Origin: Octopus sinensis
Taxonomy: Eukaryota
DNA length: 64,000 bases
Assembly (NCBI RefSeq): GCF_006345805.1
Contig: NC_042997.1
Span: 5,456,001-5,520,000, forward strand
Direction: 5' to 3'
In this document: in pieces, positions 26,814-39,928 of the stretch
How positions within the stretch are numbered: position 1 is the stretch's first letter
Layout: every line of letters begins with the position of its first letter
Translations under genes and position numbers: made by a program
Notes under the pieces: model-generated
Told to the model about the DNA's origin: nothing
The model's database searches: none
Seen by the model: only the letters and a program-made list of their open reading frames with translations

Positions 26814-27689
26814 CGTGGTCTGATCAATAAATATCGGACTGTTGCTAAAGAAACGAAGCTAAAGCTGAGAGATGCCGATTGGCACAGGTTGACCTTGAAC
26901 TCTGCTGTGCATGCAATACAAGTTTTAACGCTCTTACTTCTGCTGTTTACAGTAGTGCATGGAAGAAAGGTGTGTAGCGAGTGATCGCCAAATTGACCAT
27001 GTCAGAGAGAGTTGAGCAAAGAATCTGCATCAAATTTTGCTAAAAGCTTGGCGATATCTGCTCAGAGGCCTACGCAAAATTTTCAAAAAGTTTTCATCAT
27101 TCTCCACACAATCAAGGATATCTTGTGCAACTAAACCCCGAGTGACTTTTTTCGGTAAGCTGAAAGCAGTTTTGGTACAAAGTTGGTAGACACACATATA
27201 ATACCTACACCTTCAGTGATAATAGACTGAACTGAACTGTAACTAATCTGCACATCTGCTGATAACTCACTGATGGTGTTTCAACGGTTTCGCTTCACAG
27301 CTGCACCCACATCTACTATGTTTTTCTTTGTTATGCTGGTTGCGGGTCTCCCGGAACATTCGTCAATATCGACACTTCTTCAGCCATCTTGAAAACATCT
27401 CAACCACTCGGTCAATTGTGTGCTGCTCATACACTCCTCTGCATAGCCTTTCTGCAACTTGCGTCAACCTCTGAGCACGTATCGCCATGACAACTTTCTC
27501 TGTCATGGTCAATGCGACGATCTCATTCCTTTCAAGCACTGCTGTAAACAACGGAAGTGAGCTAGAATGTTAAAACTTAATGCGCTAGCACAACAGAGTT
27601 CAAGGTCAGTCTTTACCAAGCGGCTTCACGCCACGTGCTTTGGTCTCGTTAGTATGGCAACAGTCCAGATACTTTTTGATCAGACCTCG
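26814..27689 (-). mobile_element. Non-autonomous mariner derivative made of two inverted left ends
   Basis: TIRs cgtggtctgatcaataaatatcggactgttgc / cgaggtctgatcaaaaagtatctggactgttgc with TA on both sides. Minus arm encodes the transposase N-terminus (EWLRCFQDG..SGRPATS..FVPKLL..ENFLK). Plus arm encodes MSERVEQRICIKFC*. Confidence 0.85.
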
Positions 27690-28109
27690 TATACAATATT
27701 CATTTGGTTTGTTTGGTTTGTTGTATGTCTCCACTGTCCTGATTTTGTAACCAGCTTTGAACCTCTGCAAATCCCAAATTTTATTTTGGGTCGCAGGAGT
27801 AAATGATTTTCGTAGCATCATATTATCGTTAATTGCTCGAAATGTGAAGTAGAAGATCAGCCGACAACTGATGAAGGGTAGTTCTTTATGTTACTTATCT
27901 TGTTTTACATTCTGTAGGAGGTATCAATGACTGTACAGCAGCCAAATTTCACTGCCACGACATATAGACTATCAGTATTAATGACTTGTAGGTACGCGGT
28001 ATTTCGTTATACAACCATAAAATACTATATAGTATATTAAATGCCTTTATAAGTGAACACCACGTTCTACTGCATTAGCAGAGTTTTTTTTTATATTACT
28101 TCGTTAAAG

Positions 28110-28190
28110 TTATTTCTACAGATATTCTATAGAAATTATAGAGAAAATTTAGTGCTGGCTATAATTTCTATAGAATATCTGTAGAAATAA
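28110..28190. repeat. Perfect 32-bp inverted repeat with a 17-nt spacer
   Basis: 28110-28141 is the exact reverse complement of 28159-28190. Confidence 0.95.
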
Positions 28191-28199
28191 ATTTAAAAA

Positions 28200-28640
28200 A
28201 TAGAATATCAGTACTTTTTAAGTCAATCATGTCACAAATAGCCAGCAGGTTTATAAAAAAAATTATTATTAGCAACGGAAGCACTATTAGTACCAAAAAC
28301 CAATTTGTACCTAACTCAGCCTGGATGTCTTGTTCGAAAGCCGAATACTGCAGTATTGGCATTGAGAGGACCTCCCATACACACATATATATGCATGTGA
28401 TGGATGCCGAAATTGCCTCGCAAAAGCTCGAACTCGAGTCTATGTACTTGGGTAAACGTTCAAATGCTATTTTCACCTGTAGTACATCCACCGCAATACC
28501 TTTACTAAAAGCTTGTTCTAATCTTACATAATTTTTCAATTTATCGTTAATATCTCTTCAGTTTAGCATTACTCACAAATTTATTATTACACCAATTAAA
28601 ATCTGGCTTCATGGAACACAATCCAATATGACATTCTTAA
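28200..28640 (-). pseudogene. Decayed CR1/L2-like LINE RT fragment
   Basis: KGIAVDVLQVKIAFERLP (cf. KG..VDV.YLDF.KAFD.VPH) and QAELGTNWFLVLIVLP (cf. QGSVLGP.LFL.YINDLP). Confidence 0.5.
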
Positions 28641-29471
28641 ATACACTGATTAAAATTGAAATTAGCTTTCGTTTCTGTCTTACAGCATTACTAATTAATT
28701 AAGTTTCCTCGTTGTTGATCAGACAATTGACAATCACTAACATTTGATTACTTCTGTTAGGAAAAACTGATCATTTTCTAAATAAATCGTTGATTGATCA
28801 TTAAGAACAGTAGAAACATCGGAGAAACATGCCATACCAAAATGTTTTCAAGTAAATGCCAGAAGTGAGTAAAAACAATCATTAAAAAAAAATCCCAAAA
28901 TAATGAAAGAAGTGTGAAGTCAAATAAGTGTATGCTGTTTGATGCGCTATCATGTATACTGACAGTTAAATAGTATATTTTTTTGTCTTTCTATTTGATT
29001 TCCTAGATCATTTTATGCGTTTGTGTGTGTGTTTGTATCTGTGTGTAAATACACGTATCTAGCAAGAAATAATTGCAAACATAAATACGTAGACGTACAC
29101 ACGTTCACACACGTATACATATTTTAGCATATGTCTATGTGTGTGTGCATGTGTGTGTGCATGTGTGTGAATGTATGTTTGTATGTATGAATGTCTTTTT
29201 TTGTTTCAGCCATTCGACTGCAGTTATACTATGTCACCGCTTTGACGAGTTTGATCGAATAATTAAACACCAGTACTATTTTCTTTTTTAAAGTCTAGTA
29301 CTCATTCTACCATTCTGCCGAACCGCTACGTTATCGGAACAGAAACAAGACATGTGTTGAACGGTGGTGGTGAACAAACAGAAACACCAACACACACACA
29401 GAGAGGTTTACTCACATACAATCACACATATATGCAAAATACACACACACATATATATATAGAGAGAAAGT

Positions 29472-29508
<37 letters not shown>

Positions 29509-31828
29509 GTTTAGATTTATATACGATTATACAGCATATGTATAATTTGTTTCTATCTACCAGATCCACTTACAAGGCTTTCGTGGCCCCAGGCTGTAGT
29601 AGAAGACACTTGTACAAAGTGGCATGTAGTTAGACTAAACCCGGAATCATGTCGTTCGGAAGCAGCCATTTTGTTACACAGACACACATGTTTAATATAT
29701 ACTCGTCAAGCCAACAAAATATATCTACCATGAATGAAGAACTGATTGAACACATATGTCTATATATTATGATTTCACTTTGGCAATAAGATATTAATAA
29801 CTAGTTGTGAGAACTCGCTATAGTCATCGTTTAGAGTAAGGTGTCAGGAGGGTAGAGAGCATAATATCAGTTAACGAATGACAAATGTATTGGAGATCTT
29901 CATTCACTTTCATTAGCTTACAGCAGTTTCTGCTATGAGGAACAAGCACTCAGCTCTGAGTATAATGCTTTCTATAGCAGTAACAACTTTAAGCTAATGA
30001 AGTTGATTGCCTAACTCTTGTATTATTAGCCACTAGTCGATGTGTGCGTATGTGCGCCCACGCGTATGTGTGTGCGTGTGTATTACGCGCGTATGTGCGT
30101 GCGTGCGTGTCTGGCGAAGAGAGAAAGAATAACTTAACTTTTCATAAATCATGCCTATTGTTGCTTCCTTCGGTTAGGCTCAAAACATTCTGCCTTTAAT
30201 GGAATTAATCATTGATTTACAACTGTAATTAATACTTAGTTAATCACAATTATTGTCTTTAATATTACAAATTTATAAAAGATATAGAAAATTTCGTTGC
30301 CTTATATTGTACTTATGTAAACAGGTAAAATCTGAAAATTATTTTTCTATTCACTTCTATAAATGGGCATGAAAGATCTCTACCCGTTTAACATAACCTT
30401 AGATTACCCAGTATATTCCCGTCTTATGAACGACAAGAAAAGTATCTTCTTCATAACTAATACCAACATAGTGGCTAGCTGGTAGTGCCCTTACCACGAC
30501 AGGAAAAATTCTTAGCGGCATTTCGTCTGTATCTAAGTTCTGAGTTCAAATTCAGCCGAGGCCGATTTTGCTTTTTATCCTTACGGGGTCAGTAAAACAA
30601 GTACCAGTGGAGCACTGGGCTCAATGTAATTGATGTAAACCCTTCCTCCCGAAATTGCTGGCCTTGTGGCAAAATTTGAAAGCAATAATTGAAACCAATT
30701 TGACCTCTCCTAGATGTACAATTAATGAAAACATATCGCTCGTGTTAGAGGTACATGGCTTAGTGATTTCTGTGGTTTTAATTCATGTATCGGGCAGTGT
30801 GTTGCTCTTGAGCAAAACTCTTAATTTCCAGCCCATTCTGTTGATAAAAATGAGTAATCCTGTGAAGAAAAGGCGTCCCATCAAGTGGGTGGAGTGGGGG
30901 TGGGTCATATACGCCGTTGAAACCAGACCGCCGGTCTGATGGGTCTATAAGGCACGGAAAGGAGCTTGTTTTTTTTTCCTTTTTATACCTCTCATGGGCA
31001 GGTATGGTCTAGTTGTTGAGATTTTCTCCGTAACTACGTAATTTTGGGCTTAGTACAGCTGTGTATTACTTTGGGCGGGTACCCTCTCCAAAAGACCTGG
31101 GCCGACCAATTCCTTGTGAGTATATATAGTAGACGGAAACTGCGCAGAAGCCCATCGTCTATGCATATATGCATGTATATATGTATGTATGTGTGTGTAT
31201 GTGTGTGTATCTGTCCGTTTCTATATGCCTCCACACTGCTTGAGAACAGGTGTTGGTTTGTTTACGTCTCCGTTATTTAGCATTCCAGCAAACAAGTGAG
31301 ATACTGTAAGTGCCAGACTTAAAAATACGCTCTGGAGTCAACTTGATCGGCTAAACTCTTCAATGCAATGCACAAGCATGGCCGCAGTCCAGTGAATGAA
31401 ACAAGTAGAAAAATATTATAGATCAACATGTACCAAGTATCACATTTTTGTCTCTCTCATCAGCTGTAACGACTCAACAATGGAAAGTAAAAGGTGATGG
31501 TTCATATGTTGCTAATAGTTGTCTCTAAAATTTAGTTACAAACACTGTTTTAAAACATAAATTTAGAGATAATTACTGATTGTTGAGAAGTAAAAGTTCG
31601 GGAGGTTGAACGATAATTTAGACAGCAGCAGATTTTTAAGATGAAAAATTTAGAAAATGTGATTAAGGTATGAGCGAAAAGAAGTAACGTATGTTTAACT
31701 TTAAATGTAGATTCTCATAATATGATAATAATATTCGTCTGTCGTTGTCAACGATGACCAAGAAGAGCACAGGAGAATAATGGGACTTACAAGAGTTCTA
31801 ACATGCATGCACGCAGGCACGCACGTAT

Positions 31829-31897
<69 letters not shown>

Positions 31898-31950
31898 AAT
31901 ATTATATATATATAACTCCAATATTTCCCTCTATTTAACCATCTCACTTC

Positions 31951-31997
31951 GTCTCTGATGAAGGAATATCCCTCGTATCACAGAAACACCTGTAGAC
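31951..31997 (+). ncRNA. Decayed type I hammerhead-like motif (canonical core)
   Basis: GTCT-CTGATGA-A-[imperfect stem II]-GAAA-CACCTG-T-A-GAC. Stem III is a near-palindrome and stem I is offset by one base. Confidence 0.45.
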
Positions 31998-32717
31998 TAA
32001 CTTTTTCTTTATAAATGTCCTCAAAACACCACACAGCCTTGACTTCATTGTCTCATTCCATTTAACACACACACATACACATATATGTATGCATGTATGT
32101 ATTTATGTATTTGCAGCCACCCACACACACCTAGACTCACATGTAATATGTACACGAACGCAGGTACATTTAATGTGTTTGCGTATATATTCATCTACAG
32201 GTGATTATATATGCAAACACTCTAAGCAAAACAAAAAACATATGAATGAGTGTATATTTATGCGCTTGTGTTTTGTGTTGGTGTGTTTGATGCATACGTA
32301 TGTTTTATATGTGTGTATGCAAACGGAGTTCCATGAAAATAGAACTTGGATGGTATCAAAAAATAGAACGGACAATAGATGTGTTCGGGGAAATTTGTGA
32401 CGAAGTGTCGTACGTAGAATCTTTCATCTATTTCTAACGTCTCTTTCGAGATCATCAAAGAATTATTTGCATTTAAGATTGATCGATACGTGTGATATCA
32501 TTTCTTTCTACTCGAAACCGTTCTAGACGTAGATTATTCACGTAATGAGCGTTGTTTATGATTTCTTTACTCAGGAACAGCTCTTCATAAGTTTGTAGAC
32601 GATACGCTGATTACATTTTTACTAAGGGTGTTAGATTTCCTCATCTCTGTTCCCCATCTCTCTCGCTCCGCCTCTACATCTCTCTTGTTCGCATATAAAA
32701 CATCGACAGATAAATGC

Positions 32718-32762
<45 letters not shown>

Positions 32763-33572
32763 AGTGTAAATACAAGCATACATACAAGCATACATGTCTA
32801 CATAAAAATACACACACACACATACGCACATACATATGTATGCCTGTGCATGTGTATACATATATTTATGCACACACATACTTATATGCATAAACACATA
32901 TATTCATATGTACATACATGCACACATAATATATATATATATATATGTATATATATGTATGTAAGTAAGTATATATGCATGTATGTATATATAATTCTAT
33001 TAAACTTCGTTTTCTGTTTGCTTCTTTGAAACTGACTTCGGCAAGTTATAGAGTAGACACTTTACAGCAAGGTTACATAGAATTCACACTAACACACACG
33101 TGTGTATTATATGCCTACCTACCTACCTAAACACATATATATATGGCCGCAGCTCTCGAGCTAAAACTAAATACGCGCGCGTGCGTACGCACACACACTA
33201 CCATACACACTAACACACACATACGTACAGATAGCTACCTAGATATATACCAACGTATTTCTATGATATGTATGCGTATACCTATGTGAATATGCGAGTG
33301 TGTGTGTGTGTGAGAGAGAGTGTCGGTGTGTGTGCGTTGTGTGTTTGTGTGTGTGTGTTTGTGTAAAAAGTAATTTTTTTTTTCTTTTTTACATCCTTTT
33401 GCTTTTTACATTACTTTCTTTACAAAATCATTCCCATTAATACGGTAATACATGATTATCTAGCCCGAGGAAAACTTTTCTTTCATCCTTTGTTCCTAAT
33501 TTTGCAGGAAAGGAAATAACATACCGTGCTTTCAGACCCTTCAAATCTGTAGAAGAGACATTCTTTTGTTTT

Positions 33573-33624
<52 letters not shown>

Positions 33625-34140
33625 GATATTGTTTTCTCTGTGACAATTCTATGCGTTATATTCTTGTATAATGGCATTTATATAAATAGCTCTATAAACC
33701 CTAGATAATATGAAAAGTAAACCAAGACTTCGAATATTTAGAACTAATAATTTAACCGCAGAAAAATAATTAGCACAATCTCCATGAATTTCCAACACAC
33801 ACACACATATTGCCTTGTTTCTGGTACTTTTCCTTAAACAAGATAAAGGTAGATAAATGAGGACACTAAGAGAAGAACAGATGATCACTGAAAGGGTCGA
33901 AGAATGTGTAGCAAAATACCTATGACAAATAAACAAGAACTTATAATTATAATAAAGTTCAAGTGGAGATGAAATAAATAGATGGTGCCTGTGTTTATTG
34001 ACAGAATGACCGTCCCAAAATCAACAGCATATGTTTCAACACAAGATTACACTGGTACTTATTTCATAGAAATCTAGAGCATGAAAGGCAAAGTCGACTG
34101 ATCTCGGCGGAAATTTTGAACCCGTAATTTACAGATGAAA

Positions 34141-34262
34141 AACTATTATTATTATTATTATCATTATTATCATTAGTATCATTATTATTATTGTCATTAT
34201 TATCATTATTATCATTATCATGATTATTATTATCATTATTATCATTATTATCATTATCATCA

Positions 34263-34320
<58 letters not shown>
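34141..34320. repeat. (TTA/TCA)n array, i.e. (TAA)n tail and target of the Dong-type LINE
   Basis: Directly abuts the element's 3' UTR. Confidence 0.95.
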
Positions 34321-34323
<3 letters not shown>

Positions 34324-37300
34324 TTTTTTTTTGTTCTTTCAAATTTTCTTCCATTTCTTGCCGAGTGTCTTCCCGACTCATAGGGCAAAGAAACTCATAG
34401 TGTATATTGGTAGGCCATGAAACCAAACTCAGTAGTTCGTTCATTTTTTTTTTTTTTAAAGTTAAATTAAAATACATGAGCAGCAACAGTTCTCACATCG
34501 ACAATGCTCTTCTCAATACGTGTGATGTACCAGTTAAGACAATCTTTTGCACTTCTTGCAGGGATGTTAAGCCAGGGATCATTCTCATATAATTTTCGGT
34601 TCCCTTCTTGATCATTCTAGTGCTCCTACGATCACTGGTATTGTAACCGCCTTGAGATGCCACATTTTCTCAATTTCAATGAGTAGGTCTTTATATTTTC
34701 TGAGCTTGTCAAACTCTTTCGCTGAGATATTATGATCACAGGGGATGCTCATGTCGATCAATAAGCAAACTTTATTGTTTTGGTCTTTCACAACAATATC
34801 TGGTTTATTGGCCTTGATGGTTCGGTCTGTATGTACTGGAAAGTCCCACAGAATTGTTACATTTTCTCCTTCAGTTACAGCCTCAGGGTGGTGATTATAC
34901 CACTTGTCGGCAGTTTTGATATTGTAATGCCGACTTATTAGCCAGTGGAGATATTGGCCAACTCTGTCATGTCTTAATTTATACTCCACTGGTGCTAAGA
35001 CTTTACATCCAGAGATTAGGTGGTCCACTGTTTCAATCGTGTCGTTGCAGAATCGGCATTTTTGGTCTGCTCCATTTTTCATCACATTGGCCTGGTAGTT
35101 CCGGGTTAATAGGCTTTGGTCTTGAGCAGCCAGGATGAAACCTTCGCTCTCTGCTTTTAGCCCTGAGCTCCGCAGCCACTGATGGGTTTGCTTCTGGTCA
35201 ACATCAGCTTGTTTGCTGCGGGTCACATATTTGCCGTGCAGAGGTTTCTCCTCCCACCTATCAGCCAATTGCTCGTGCGCTTTTTTCATTGCCATCATTT
35301 TCACCTTCTTTGCAACAATAGTTGCCGTACTTCCCTCGGGTTGTTCAGTTTGGGTATCCTGCACGAGATCAATAGCAATTTTTTGCTTTCCTTGATGATA
35401 GAATGAAGCTTCTTTCGTCTCTCATGATTTTCCACGAGCTTTAGCATCCAGTCATTCGATATTTCGAGATATTTGGCCAGTCCAATTGTGGTTGTTTTGT
35501 AAGCTAGTTCAAATTGGATCAGGACTCGACCTCCTTGGGCTCTGGGAAGGTAAAGGCGATCTACGTCTGCCTTTGGGTGGTGCATCCTATTACAACTCAG
35601 CAGCTTGCGTATTTTTCTATCTATATTCTTTACTTCACTCATATTCCAGTTCAACACATTGTAGCTATAAGTAACAACTGGAACTGCTAAGGGATTTATA
35701 GCTAACACCTTGTTACGTGCATTTAGTTCAGATTTCAGGACTGCACGAACTCTCCTATAACATTCCTTCCTGATCTTCTCTTTCATGCTTGCATGCTGAA
35801 TACCAGAGCCTTCATTTATCCCTAAATATTTGTATGTTTGTTCTTGCTCAAGCTCTCTTATGACTGTGTCAACATCTAACACGACCGAATTTGTGGTCTT
35901 CACTTTCCCTTTCTGGAAAGTGGCCTTGGCACACTTCTCAAGCCCAAACTCCATCCCGATGTCATCGCTGAATGCTTTCACGGTGCGCAATAGGCCTTCA
36001 AGCTCATTAGTGTCTTTACCATAAAGTTTTAAGTCATCCATATAAAATAGATGGCTTATTTTTTTATTGGCAATTTTATACCCATACCCTGTTCTGTTTA
36101 ATTCACTTGTAAGGGGTATTAGGGCTATGCAGAATATTACAGGTGAAAGTGAGTCACCTTGAAAAATTCCACAGTTGATGTTTATATTTTCTGAGGCAAG
36201 TACTCCATTAGAGTGGTATAATTGGAGATTCGTATTCCACAACGACATATTGTGCTTCAGGAATTTTGAAATCAAAGGGGAAATTTTGAAGACGTCCAGC
36301 GATCTCAAGATCCATGGATGCGGTATACTGTCGAAGGCTTTTTTATAGTCAATCCATGCGGTGCTGAGATTTCTGCGCTTGTTGTGACAGTTCTCAAGGA
36401 TCATACTATTGATTAGCAGTTGATCTTTGCATCCGTAAGAGCCTCGGCGGCACCCTTTTTGTTCAATGGGGAAAATATCGTTCTTCTCCATGAATGCATA
36501 TGTTTTCTCCGCCAGGATAGATGTTAGGATTTTATACATGGTGGATAGACAGGTTATAGGCCGATAGTTTTTTGGAAGGTTGGTTTCGTTATTCTTTGGG
36601 AGTAGGTAAGTAATGCCACTTGCTAACCATTCAGGTGTTTTCTTTGGGTCTCTCATAATTCCATTGAGCAGCTGAACTAGCTTACCGTGTGCGCACGGGA
36701 GCGATGTGAGCCAGAAATTCGGCACCCTATCTTTACCGGGGGATTTCCAATTATGGGCCTTCGTGAGTGCCTTTCTTAGGTCTGCTATTGTGATGTCTTC
36801 CCATGTTTGTTGTTGTAAATTTTGGTAGGATCCTTCAGATTGTATAATCCAGTCTGCATTTATGTTGTACGTCTTCTTGTCACTCCAAATCATTTCCCAA
36901 AAGTTTTGAACTTCTTCCATGGGAGGGGGGTCTTTAACGGTTACTTTCTCCTTCCCTATTTCTCTGTAGAATTTTTTGGCATTGGATGTGAACAGCTTAT
37001 TTTGCTTGTAAAACTTGTTTCTCTTCTCAAATCTTCGTATTCTTTGGGCTTTTGCTTGGACTTTTTGTTTCAGCGTTTCTTTTATTGATATCAGTTCTTC
37101 TCTTGGTGAGGATCCAAATTTTCTCTTCATCTTTCTTCCTGTTCTGGATCTTACATCATTTCCACATATAAGTTCATTTAATATTGATATTTCCCCTCTC
37201 ATAAATTCAATCTCTTTTTCAATTTTACTTCTCCGGGTTTGATTTCTTCCCAGGTTTTGTTTTCTTTGTTTTTTCGGGGGCATACAGCTGGTTTCAATTG

Positions 37301-37910
37301 CCCTAGCAGAAGCGTAAATAATTTCATTTAACTCAGTAAAATCAGGTTTTAATTCTCGTATTATTTCATTTGTTACATAGTTGCGAATTTGGATTTGTTT
37401 TTTATTTTGGTTTGTATTTGAGAGTTTATGAAGCGGTTCTCTATCATTCATACTTGTACGTCTTACACTTCAAGCGTATTCAGGATTTTCTGCCTCATTT
37501 CTGCCATAGACTCTCTGTGTTCTTCAGCAAATGCGAGATCTTCAGTTACTGTTGTTTTTTCGTTTTCCTGGCTATCTTTAACTGGTACAATAGAATTTCT
37601 TGTATCTTCAGGCCTTTGCGTACTTTGGTCAGATGGCAGTCTTTCAATTAAGCCTCGTGGCGGGCTATACTGTTCATCTGATTCTTCATTTCCTTTGTGT
37701 CTTATATTTATGTCATTTTCCGTTGCGTGCTTGATCGCGCTTACTTCACTGTCTGTGAGTCTGTTATTTCTAAAGATATCCCTCCTCACATTTGCTAATT
37801 TGTTCTCGTCCAAATAGGGCCTACTGTCTTGATTCCGTGTTCTCCATATACTGTAAGAGTTTGCGGTGTGTCTCTCTTGAGATGGCCTACCTAATGCATA
37901 GTAATAAGAT
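34321..37910 (-). mobile_element. Dong/R4-clade non-LTR retrotransposon (RT, CCHC, restriction-like endonuclease), 5'-truncated
   Basis: NYRPITCL, WIDYKKAFDS, GIFQGDSLSP, HLFYMDDLKLY; CRFC..ETVDHLISGC; RHD, KPDIVVKD, IDMSIP, KLRKYKDL. 3' end joins (TAA)n. Confidence 0.95.
34493..37910 (-). pseudogene. Single Dong/R4 ORF split by small frameshifts
   Basis: ORFs 37463-37813, 35301-37451 and 34612-35364 plus a C-terminal tail (GMIKKGTENY...RRALSM*, stop at 34493-34495) join through apparent 1-nt indels near 37455, ~35380 and 34618. Confidence 0.9.
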
Positions 37911-37989
37911 TATATATATATATGTATGTATGTATAGTACATACATATATGTATGTATGTATAGTCTTTTACTCTTTTACTCTTTTACT

Positions 37990-37990
37990 C

Positions 37991-38030
<40 letters not shown>

Positions 38031-38040
38031 GTAGTAGTAT

Positions 38041-38125
<85 letters not shown>

Positions 38126-38128
38126 ATG
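37990..38128. repeat. (TTA)n followed by (TAG)n microsatellite
   Basis: Direct reading of the sequence. Confidence 0.95.
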
Positions 38129-38971
38129 GTAGTGGTGCTGCCGCTGCTGATTACGAAGAAGAAGAAGGAAGAGGAGGATCCAATAACTGGCACGATCTGT
38201 TGAGCTACACGTGGTGAAAAAATAAAAGTAGTTCAGCGTTGTTCAGTTACGCCCATTTAACACCTGAGATTAGCAATGCAGGGAGTTCGATTAACTCGAC
38301 TGTAGCTTTCGCCAAAATGCCATGGCCTTGTGCCAAAGTTACAAATCAATGCTATCGTTGTTGTAGGGTGTCGTTACCATTTTTAGCATCAACTACATAG
38401 ATCTATATACAATTACAGTTAGTGGTTCGATCAGGTCGCATATAAAAGAAAAGCAAAAAAGTTATATAAATAAATAAAGCAACTAATAACGTTAATAGAA
38501 GAAAACAAAACAAAACGAGGCAAACAAGTCTAGCTTATCTATAAGATGTCTATTGTATACGTTAAGCTAACGTTCAATACAAAATCATGTATTATTTATT
38601 AACATATTACTTCTAATCACATAGCGCTTCAAAAGTATTTCATGGAACATCGTATTGCACTAAGGAACACGTAAACCAGTTTTAAGGTCGGTAGGCCGGT
38701 GGTGGTGGTGGTGGGGATGATTAAAGTCGCTACTTGAGTGCTTTATGAGTTAACATGAAGCCGAGAGACATGATGTTTGTTTACGTGGGTGTGCGTGTGT
38801 GAATGCATGTGGGGGTGTGCGTATGTGTATATATATATATATGTATGTGTGTTTATATATGTGCGTTTGTATCTGGATATATTTATCTATACAAAATTTA
38901 TGTATACATACATACACGAATCTATGTGTATGTGTGCGTGCAAATATATCCAAATAGATACGTACTTTTAA

Positions 38972-39045
<74 letters not shown>

Positions 39046-39061
39046 TATATGTGTGTGTGTA

Positions 39062-39470
39062 TGTATAGTCTTTTACTCTTTAACTTGTTTCAGTCATTTG
39101 AGTGAGGCCATGCTGGAGCACCGTCTTCAGTCGAGCAAATTGACCCGAGGACTTATTCTTCATAAGCCTAGTACTTGTCCTACCGTTATTTTTTGCCGAG
39201 CCGCTAAGTTATGGGGACCTAAACACACCAGCATCGGTTGTCAAGCGATGTTGGTGGGGGGACAAACATAGACACACAAAACACACATATATATATATAC
39301 ATATATACGATGGGCTTCCTTCAGTTTCCGTCTACCAAATCTACTGACAAGGTTTTGGTCGTCCCGAGGCTATAGTAGAAGATACTTGCTCAAGGTGCCA
39401 CGCAGTGAGACTGACCCCGGAACCATGTGGTTCATAAGCAAGCTACTTACCACACAGCCACTCCTAGGAC
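39062..39470 (-). mobile_element. Abundant tRNA-derived SINE, copy 1 of a tandem pair
   Basis: Full head (gagtggctgtgtggtaagtagcttgc...ggttccggggtcagtc) to tail (aagagtaaaagac). Confidence 0.85.
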
Positions 39471-39481
39471 TATATATATTA

Positions 39482-39845
39482 ATCTTTTTACTCTTTTACG
39501 TGTTTCAGTCATTTGACTGCGGCCATGCTGGAGCACCGCCTTTAGTCGAATGAAATCGACCCCAGGACTTATTCTTTGTAATCCTAGTACTTATTCTATC
39601 GGTTTCTTCTGGCGAACCGCTAAGTTACGGGGACCTAACCACACCAGCATCGGTTGTCAAGCGATGTTGGTGGGGGGACAAACACAGATACACAACATAT
39701 ACACGTACATACATACATATATACATATATACGACGGGCTTTTTCAGTTTCCGTCTACCAAATCCACTCTTATGTATTTGGTCGGCCTGGGCTATAGTAG
39801 AAGACACTTGCCCAAGGTGCCACGCAGTGAGATTGAACCCGGTAC
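39482..39845 (-). mobile_element. Abundant tRNA-derived SINE, copy 2 of a tandem pair (5'-truncated)
   Basis: High similarity to 39062-39470, starting near the B box. Confidence 0.85.
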
Positions 39846-39872
39846 ATAATTATAAACCTATGCATACAAACA

Positions 39873-39928
<56 letters not shown>

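Noticed and set aside
33649-33936. 95-aa hydrophobic minus-strand ORF with a plausible acceptor
   Set aside because: No convincing donor or recognisable motif, and it includes a GT repeat.
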